Shown here: positions 54,717-64,000 of the stretch, one piece after another | Layout of the letters: each line of letters opens with the position of its first letter | How positions within the stretch are numbered: the stretch's first letter is position 1 | Assembly: GCA_951406725.2 (NCBI GenBank) | Contig: OX597826.1 | Span: forward strand, 44,640,001-44,704,000 | Direction of reading: 5' to 3' | Length of the DNA stretch: 64,000 nucleotides | From: Octopus vulgaris | Taxonomy: Eukaryota | The notes under the pieces: model-generated | The model's input: only the letters and a program-made list of their open reading frames with translations | Databases searched by the model: none | What the model was told of the DNA's origin: nothing | Translations under genes and position numbers: made by a program

Positions 54717-55409
54717 CATGTGGTCTAGGATATCTGTACGCATAGTAGCAGCAGCCTTTTCAGATGTGGAAGCACCACTGCACTCTAGTCTACTCTTGAG
54801 CCTGGCATAATTTAAGCAGCAGCTGATGGTCAACCGGCCTTCTACATGGAAGACAGGAAACGGTTTTGGGGATGCTAACCTAGTAATGTTAGCATATGTT
54901 TTTGCCACCAGAGATCCTCAATGATAGTGAAACCCAACATCTGGCGTGCCTAAAATGGCTCTAACTGAGAACCAATCATATCTAGCGGTGTTGTGAAGAG
55001 ATGGCGTTTCCTTGATAGGATTGATTTTACAACTGAATCAAAACAAATGCTCAGCACATATTGTGAAGATTAAACGTATTTATAAACAAGTTGACTGAAA
55101 TTGCGACTTTGCTTGTAAATTGTCTAGGTTTGTTACCTTGGTAACCGACGATCTAGGCGCCTCTTTATATCAACGAAACTGGCGAGAATGAGTCATCCTC
55201 TAAGTATAGACACAAATATGTGTGTGTGCATGTGTGCATGTGTGCATGTGCATCTGTATGTGCTGTTGTGTATGCACGTACACGCGTGCGTTTGTGTGTG
55301 TGTATTCTTGCGCATGTATATAAGGTATGCTTACTTGTAAGATTATTTTAAACGAAATTGCATGCTCCCATTCTATCTATCCATCTATCTATGTATCTAT
55401 CTATCTATC

Positions 55410-55780
55410 TTATTTCTTTATTGCCCACAAGGGGCTAAACATAGAGAGAACAGACTAACTGGTACTTTATTTATCGACCCCAAAAGGATGAAAGGCAAAG
55501 TCAACCTCGGCGGAATTTGAACTCAGAACGTAACGGCAGACGAAATACCTATTTCTTTATTACCCACAAGGGGCTAAACACAGAGGGGACAAACAAGGAC
55601 AGACATAGGTATTAAGTCGATTACGTCGACCCCAGTGCGTAACTGGTACTTAATTTATCGACCCCGAAAGGATGAAAGGCAAAGTCGACCTCGGCGGAAT
55701 TTGAACTCACAACGTAACGCAGACGAAATACCGCTAAGCATCTCGCCCGGCGTGCTAACGTTTCTGCCCGCTCGCCGCCT
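55410..55780 (-). mobile_element. SINE family B dimer inserted in (CTAT)n
   Basis: Two GGATGAAAGGCAAAGTC.ACCTCGGCGGAATTTGAACTCA blocks; the head ends at ~55780. Confidence 0.9.
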
Positions 55781-55781
55781 G

Positions 55782-55842
<61 letters not shown>

Positions 55843-55927
55843 TTATATATATATATACATATATATATACGTGTGACATGTGTGTGGATGGAAAGAGATA
55901 TATATAAATATATACATATATATATAT

Positions 55928-55990
<63 letters not shown>

Positions 55991-57033
55991 AACTACAAGC
56001 AAGAGAGAGAGAGAGAGGGAGAGAGAGAAAGAGAGAAAGAAATCGAGCCTCACGGTCCAGATCGCCTTCATAATTTCTCTATTATTATTTGAACATAAAC
56101 AGTATGGTTTCCATCACATGATTTATCGCTGTCACTGTGAATATTCCGGTGAATTAGTTTGAACAGGAGACGTGATGATGACACACAGACGAGTTAAAAA
56201 TCGTTTTTAACGTACAAACATCTCTGGATAAATACATAACTTAATGGCAACAAACAAATGTCAAATTATCATCCGAGTATCTTCTCCTCCACGACCCGCA
56301 CAATGTTGTCACACGACAGTAATTTCTAGCCTGAACACTAAACCACCCATCCCTTCTTGTTTTACACCAACCTGCATTATTTTAAAATGTCCAGGAAAGA
56401 AAACAACAGTCTCAATTATGTATTGTAAAAACAAACACATCAATTTAGTTTTTCATATAGCTTTTTTCTAATATATCTATATATATATATAGTTGTCTTT
56501 TTTTGTTTGTGTTTATATGAACATTCAGATAGTGATTTGTTTCATATTTTATGTATTTATTTATTTGTATGTCATCCCTTGAATAATTACAATGGATAAC
56601 TTCTATGAGAAGGCAGCTTTATTCTATTTCTCACACAATACATTTATGTTAAGCTATTAATTTCTATTTGTCTGCTATGTGCAAATCGTGCCATTTCTTT
56701 ATAATTTTGTTTTAAAAGCCAGCATTACAAAGGGAGATCATCTCCTATATCTGAAATTATATTTTTGGTAAAACAATAAAACTATATATTCACGAATTCA
56801 CAGACACGTTCCGTTCAGAGTGTACATGCATGCGTACATACATACTTATGAATACATATTTGTATGTATGAATGTATGTATGTATGCATGTATTTCCATA
56901 TGTGTGTGTATGTAGCTATAGCCTTGTGAGAAACACCATAAACACACTCCCATGCTTGATACAGTCGTATGTCGGTATGAACACTCATGTATATAGACAT
57001 ATGCTCGCATAATATACCCCCAAATACATACAT

Positions 57034-57078
<45 letters not shown>

Positions 57079-57096
57079 TAGATAGATAGATTGATT

Positions 57097-57140
<44 letters not shown>

Positions 57141-57141
57141 T

Positions 57142-57175
<34 letters not shown>

Positions 57176-57324
57176 TGATAGATAGACAGATAGATAGATA
57201 AGTATACATATAATTATATACGTGCATATAGATACATGTATATATATGCATATATTATATTTTATATGTACACATAGACAAACACACGCACTCACACACA
57301 CACACACACACACACACACATTCA

Positions 57325-57364
<40 letters not shown>

Positions 57365-58190
57365 GTTGTACACACTCCACTTATATGTCTCTCTCTGAAT
57401 AAATATATGGTATTCATCCCCACTTATATAGCTATATATAATGTATGCGTATGTCTCTCTCTCTCTCTGTGTATGTGTACGAAGAGGAAAATTAAAGAAC
57501 GAATCAAATATACAGTAATAAAACCTATTGTTGCTGAATAACATAAAATCTAAGCAATCAATTAATATTTTTATTTTCCAGTTTATTGTCTTCTCTAATC
57601 ACGTGATAAAGACAACACTGATTGATAAAGTACTTGGTATTGTGGAGATCTAGTTAGAACACTCAAGTTTCATTGTTCAGGGTAGTATCAGCTGCTTTAA
57701 ATTAGAAACTTCTGAAATGAAACCGTATTTTTCTAAATGAAATCTTGATATAAAGTTTACATTTAAACATAAAATAAATTTTAAGAAAGCACTTTTGTCA
57801 TAATGATCGGCAAAAGAAAGTAGGTGCTTCCATATCGTATCTCAATATCTTTGTGAAGTGTTATATACACATTATTATATTTGTTATAACTTAATGCTAT
57901 TCTCTGCAAATATTGTATTTCACTTCTACTTATTGCAGACAGAAGTCCGAAAATGCAAAACACTTAAACAAGGCTGTACAAAGTATTCAATAGCAGTCCT
58001 TTGCGCCGTAATATGAACTCCACGTGTACGTATTGCAGAGCAGCGTTGCAGTTCTAAGATGATGATTTCATAACTTGCTTTCGATTCTAGCATGAAACCA
58101 TTGCTATTCTAGTTGGTAATGTCTTGAATGTCATATATAACTTTTTCCATTTTCTTAGAGCTTGTGTCTAGTATTTTGTATACATTTATA

Positions 58191-58508
58191 GAGGCGCAAT
58201 GACCCAGTGGTTAGGGAAGCGGACTCGCGGTCGGAGGATCGCGGTTTCGATTCCCAGACCGGGCGTTGAGTGTGTTTATTGAGCGAAAACACCTAAAAGC
58301 TCCACGATGCTCCGGCAGGGGGGGGGGGGTGGCGACCCCTGTTGTTCTCTTTCGCCACACCTTTCTCTCATTCTCTCTTCCCGTTTCTTGAGTAAGGCTG
58401 CGATGGACTGGCATCCTGTCCACCTGTGGGGAACTCATACGCCACAGAAACCGGGAAACCGGGCCCATGAGCCTGGTTAGGCTTGAAAAGGGGCGAAAAA
58501 GAAAAGAA
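58191..58508 (+). mobile_element. tRNA-derived SINE family C, tail type 2
   Basis: Same head as 16472-16658. Different tail GCTGCGATGGACTGGCATCCTGTCC..GCCACAGAAACCGG, with an A-rich end. Confidence 0.85.
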
Positions 58509-61259
58509 GTCATATATTTAACAGTATCATTTTCTGGGTATTATCTGTTGTGTCAAAAATTAATTATAGCGCTTAATTTTAAACTTCATAATTAAATGAG
58601 AGACAAAAATAGCAGCGGGTGGGATATAATTAGCCAAGTAAATTAAAATACGGTTCTAATCATGACTGGGAATTTACTTTTCAGAGACCTTAACGGTGCC
58701 CTTTGGTTGTAGTGCATTATGTTATATATTGATTTATCGGGTAGGAGACAGTTTATCACAGCCGTTTCAGTGCCGCCTATAAGGCGTTGTTGATTCGAAG
58801 CTGACCTATTTGAAATTGGACGTTTTAGTTTATTTCTCTCTCTGCCCCACGCTTTGTTTGTTTGATTCTTTCTTTCTTTTTTCTACTCCACTCTCTGTTT
58901 CACTCTTTGTTTACATGAATGAGTACAGTAAACAAATCGTTCGATTCTTTTTAGGTATCAACAGACACATCCACCTTCAAAAATCGAATGCCACTTGAAA
59001 ACCAACAGCGGTACAAAAGAACAGATATGTATTATTTCTTAATAAAGCATGATATATTATGAAATGACACTGTCTATTCTTATTTAGAAATACAAGAAAA
59101 CAACTGATGCATTAATATACAAAGGGCACAAATGAGATTTTCGACAGTGTTGACTACGTTCTTCCAAAATCATTTGAGTTAAGTTTATGTCACTTCACGT
59201 TGTATCTCAGAGAGGGTAATTATGACAATAATAAACAAACGTACCAGTTCTATTGCACTTCCTTGTTTTATTAGTGAATTGGTCAACCACTTCTCCAATC
59301 AACTAATCGATTGTTTGACTAATTGTTCAGTCAATCAATCAATCAGTGAGGTTTGTTGCCATTCGCTACCTCATCATTGGCACGCTCTCTCTACTCTAAG
59401 TCAGCTTCAAGCCAGATTGACTGACTGATTAATCAAAGAATAGATCAGTTGATAACTAAATCGATCAGTTGATAGGTAAAATGGTAAAGTAACTAAGAAA
59501 TATAGGGAATTGAAATGGAAGCAGTGCGTGTGCTTATTTTGGCATAATGACACTCCCGAAATAAAAGCAAAAGATATTTCAGCACACAAGTTTATATTAA
59601 GAATCTTGCAAACCAAACAAAGAATAATAATAATAAAAAAACGAAATTAGTTACTTAAGTTATGTCGTTTATCTATATTTATTTTTGTCATATTTTCCTG
59701 TCCATAAGTTCCGTTCGGGATATAATTTTCAAATTTATAGGTTTGTTTTTCCATTTTTCCTAATCTCAGTTGCCATTAAATCATTATATTCACATTTTAT
59801 ACCCTCGAACAATACTACAATGGAACCACCTTTGCGCTTAATTTTTTTCCCTCGCAACCGGGAACCTTCAGAGTACACCCACCTATTACACTTTTCCAAA
59901 GGATTCTCCAGCTTAGTCTCCCACCTCCAAGCCTTTCTCCATAGTCTAATGAATAAAATACAAATGCAAATGTAATCCAGTGGGCGAGATTCATTTATAT
60001 AACTGAGGCCAATCAAAAATTTATGCCCTTTCTATGTTCAATCTGTCACGTCCATTTATGAATAACGAAAATAATATAAATCGTTATCCGGTCATAACTC
60101 AATATGAAAAAAATCAATAGCGAATTTATTATTTCTAAAAGAAAGTTGATGGATTTCACTTTAAAGGGAATTCTATATAGGAGTTTCTATTTAAAGAAAT
60201 CGGAATTGATAATAACAATTACTCGCTTGGTATATGTAATATGCATGTGATGTGCCATCAAATTATTACCTGATATTTCTGGTAATTGATACCGCTAAAT
60301 GTAATAAGTCATCTGCATTGTGCTAAAAGAGAAGTAATCTCTTTTAATTTATGTTTGTTCTTCATCACTATCTTCGGAGATATATTGTTTGTCATGCTAT
60401 TATATGTGTATGACTATATACATAGACACACACCTACATGCATACCTATACATATATATGTGTGTGCATGTATAAGTATATATGTACACACACATATGTA
60501 CGTATGTATATTGAGTAAATGAAAATTGCTGTCAGTTCACTTTTGCTTCATGATGAAAGAGTTTTACTTAAATCGTTTTCCTATTCATATCTCAGATAAT
60601 GAAAAATAAATAGCATTTCAACTATTGGAAGGCACAAACTTATGACAATTGTACGTTAACGTTTCGAAAATATATGCAACTCAGCAGCTTAGGGCAACTA
60701 ATCGATGCTGAATGACATTTGAAGTTACAAATCTAGATGCTGTTGCATATTGCGTAGATCCTTTTCCTTTTAGGAAATAAGCCATGTAGCAGTATAGCTG
60801 CATCAACCAATATAAAGAGAAAGTAACTTCATAACTCTATTTATTGAGATATATCCTACACACAGTTTTCCTAAAAGTAAAATTTTCCTTAAAACGCCTT
60901 TCACTCCAACTTGTCATTTGTAATTTATTTTTTTCCTCGTAATGTACTTTTCTTCTGAAAAAAAAAGAAAAGAAGAAAATAATATGACAATGCTATTAAT
61001 TCACCAGTGAACTGAAAAGATATCAAACCTGTTATATTTATCATAGTCTATCGTTTAAACACGAATATAAGTTTGCCAGACAATGCTAAAGAAACGACAC
61101 ATTACATAACCTTAATGTATGATAGAAGCGAGCATGATTTAATAGTAACTACTATCCTTTCATTACTTCTTTTAGGTGCCTACATAGCTGTCAGAAGACG
61201 GAAACTCTCTACCTCCTATCCTGGAACCAACAGAATATCGAGTATATAACAACTAGAAA

Positions 61260-61432
61260 GGTGAGATATTTCGCTACCACACGGGTAGCATACGTTTTCA
61301 GTTGCACGAACTGGAGAAACATAAAACGAACCGCCTTTTCCAAGAACATAGCTCATCACTCACCTCAGGAATGGAACCTATGACCTTACGATTGGAAGAT
61401 TAATACCGTAATCACTAGGCCACCGTGCCTTC
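61260..61432 (-). mobile_element. Old tRNA/CORE-like SINE head
   Basis: GGTGGCCTAGTGATT A-box, GGTTCCATTCC B-box, and TGTTCTTGG..TCTCCAGTTC core. Confidence 0.5.
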
Positions 61433-61812
61433 CCTAGACATCTTCACTACAGTATTGTAATAAGTATCTAAAAAAACTTTGTTACATATTTTAGATTATA
61501 ATGTTGCAGTATTTGTTTCAGATTCACAAAAATTAAATTTGTGAATAATTACTAATTTACATTAAATTACAACAGCCATTTTCCACTGTTATCTTCAGGT
61601 TGGTTTTTTATGTTTTCAGTTATCTACAGTTATTAACCAGATTACTCTGGTGAGATTGGGGTGGGAGGATTTTAAAGACAAAAGCGAATGTAGATTTAGT
61701 TTAAGACGGAACTGAAAACAAAAAAGAATACTCGTGTTGATTCAATCGTGTGTAACAGTCAGATGGAAATTTCTTACTTTGGTAATGATAATATTTGAAA
61801 TTGTAGCTTACA

Positions 61813-62161
61813 ATCATCATCGACATCATCGCCGTCGTCGTCGTCGTAGTCCTCTTCCTCCTCCTCCTCCTCATCATCATCATCATCCTCATCATCCTCA
61901 TCACAATCATCATCAACCTCTTCTTCAGCATTATCTTCAACACCATAGTCTTCATCATCGTCATGATCGTCGTTGTCGCCATCATTATTTATGGTCATAA
62001 CTGTCATTGCCGCCATCATCATCATCATCATCATCGTCGTCATCGCTGTCATCGTCGTCTTCGTTACCATTGTCTTCATCACCATTATTCACCTTTTTCC
62101 TTTCTTCTCATCATCCTCCTCTTCCCCCTCCTCCTCCTCGTCGTAGTCATCATCGTCGTCG

Positions 62162-62222
<61 letters not shown>

Positions 62223-62250
62223 TATCATCATCATCATCATCACCATCATC
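61813..62250. repeat. Degenerate (CAT)n/(CCT)n/(CGT)n trinucleotide tract
   Basis: Read directly from the sequence; it generates spurious poly-D/H/I/M ORFs. Confidence 0.9.
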
Positions 62251-62656
62251 AATATTATCTCTATCAGTATTTTTATACAGCTATTGTCTGTGTAATAATA
62301 TCCCGCCAATGGTCTTCTGGCGAGAAAAGACGGTATTTGTTTCCAATTGTTATTCTCTCTGTTTCTGGTGCACCAACTGGTGCACCTCCTTGTTCCTGAA
62401 ATATGTGTGCAGCATTGTATTTTGCAGCATGCAGAAATGTGTCTGCATACTACATGTGTTTTTGTTTGCTGCGAGATTTTTCTTTCATTTCTCTTATTGT
62501 TTACTTTACAATTTCACCTATTCTGCAAAATAGTTGCAATGTGCGTTGTAACACTTTGTTGAGAGGCGTCTGTATTTCAATAAATGGTGTGTGTATATCT
62601 ATATATATATATGTGTGTGTGTGTGTGTATGTGTGTGTGTATATATATATATTTGT

Positions 62657-62876
62657 AAAAACGTTAAGACAACAAAAGAAAGAAAGAGACCTCGATATTA
62701 TGTAAATAGAGGAATTTATCTGTAAATGTAATATGTGACATTTATTCGGTAGCCAATTCGAAGTTTTATCATGGCTACTGAATAATTGTTACATATTACA
62801 TATAAAGATATATATATATATATAAATTTCTCTATTTACATAATATTAGTCTCTTTCTTTCTTTTGTTATCTTACC

Positions 62877-62881
<5 letters not shown>
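62657..62881. mobile_element. Fold-back element with ~100-bp inverted arms and 16-bp spacer, in (TA)n
   Basis: Arms 62657-62755 and 62772-62881 (AAGACAACAAAAGAAAGAAAGAGAC..TATTCGGTAGCCA / TGGCTACTGAATA..GTCTCTTTCTTTCTTTTGTTATCTT). Confidence 0.85.
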
Positions 62882-62950
<69 letters not shown>

Positions 62951-62953
<3 letters not shown>

Positions 62954-63135
62954 CGGGAAGCTTTATGAAAATAAACAAAAGACGAAGGCAGGTGGAATAC
63001 AAACAAACAATTGTGTTAGTATGGCGGTCAGGAATATAAATAAAACAAGTCTTTTACGTTTCAAGCCTACGCTCTTCAACAGAAAGATACACAGAAAAGA
63101 AACACGGAAAGAAACAAGGAGAGAAAAAAAATGCT
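62951..63135 (-). mobile_element. Short Penelope-type terminal-repeat fragment with a hammerhead-like motif (sister of 8761-8956)
   Basis: Minus strand 63087-63048: TCTTT-CTGTTGAA-GAGC GTAG GCTT-GAAACGTA-AAAGACT. Confidence 0.65.
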
Positions 63136-63160
63136 TGCAGAAGCTAGCGAATCAACATGG

Positions 63161-63200
<40 letters not shown>

Positions 63201-63264
63201 CTTTTATGTGCATTTATGCAGTGTCAGGCATTGCCTACTTTGTGTCCTGTGTGCGTTGCAATGT

Positions 63265-63528
63265 GTGGGTTGCACCTGGGCACGAAAGTTCCTCTCCAAA
63301 CAAGCAGTTGCCTATGTATACCAGCCTATCTTCTCCGCGATACTGATATTATCCAAGGAAAAGGAAAGGCTGATACATCTTGGCACCATGACGTCGCAAC
63401 TCATTTCTACAGCTGAGTGAACTGGATCAACGTGAAATAAAGTGTATTGCTCAAGAACACGGCTGCCCGGTCCGGGATTCGAACTCACTACCTCATGATT
63501 GTGAGCCCGATTCCCTAGCCACTGAGCT
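63265..63528 (-). mobile_element. tRNA-derived CORE-like SINE (family D)
   Basis: B-box GAGTTCGAATCCC and core GTGTTCTTGAGCAA.ACACTTTATTTCACGTTG.TCCAGTTCACTCAGCTG. Confidence 0.75.
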
Positions 63529-64000
63529 TAGTGGTTTTTCCTCTGTCTTTATCTTCTGAGTTCAAATGCAGCCGAGGTCGACTTTGCTTTTCATCCTTTC
63601 GATGTCGATAATTTAAGTACCAGTTGTGTACTGGGTCGATCTAATCGACTTGCCTCCTCCCCCAAAATTTCGGGCCTTGTACATAGAAAAAGAAAAAAAG
63701 CGGCGAGCTGGTAGTAACGTTAGCACGCCAGGCGAAATGCGTAGCCGTATTCCGTTTGCCGTTACGTTCTGAGTTCAAATTCAGCCGAGGTCGTCTTTGC
63801 CTTTCATCCTTTCAGGGTCGATTAATTAAGTACCAGTTACGCACTGGAGTTGATATAATCGACTTAATCCATTTGTCTGTCCTTGTTTGTCTCCTCTGTG
63901 TTTAGCCCCTTGTGGACCATAAAGAAGTAAGAAACCTTAGCATGTCGGGTGAAATGCTTAGCGATATTTCGTCTGCCATTACGTTCTGAGTTCACATTCC
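63529..64000 (+). mobile_element. Tandem SINE family B units running off the window end
   Basis: Three GAGTTCA.AT B-box blocks and two Meta-like cores. Confidence 0.85.

Noticed and set aside
61701-62399. Acidic, poly-His or poly-Met protein ORFs
   Set aside because: Degenerate trinucleotide tract open in most frames on both strands, with no non-repetitive coding context or splice support.

Overview
This is AT-rich, repeat-saturated eukaryotic DNA with no recognisable intact host gene. The SINE families and the very high (TA)n/(CA)n/(GATA)n/(TATG)n load point to a coleoid cephalopod, most likely Octopus (inference). Almost all ORFs in the supplied track are microsatellite artefacts. Retrotransposons: a ~3.4 kb decayed R4/Dong-clade LINE (RT plus CCHC/RLE endonuclease), CR1-like and RTE-like LINE fragments, Penelope-like (PLE) fragments, and many tRNA-derived SINEs of at least four families. 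DNA transposons: mariner DD34D and maT-like relics, and a 549-bp palindromic mariner MITE. The most notable features are: (i) short elements embedded in (TA)n, some folded back, that carry minimal type-I hammerhead ribozyme motifs, one with both core boxes intact; (ii) an 11 x 136-bp tandem array born inside a SINE with incipient higher-order structure; (iii) a locally templated insertion inside the R4 LINE; and (iv) a very old colinear fossil of a Maverick/Polinton-type protein-primed DNA polymerase B. All family assignments are by motif recognition by eye and need database confirmation.
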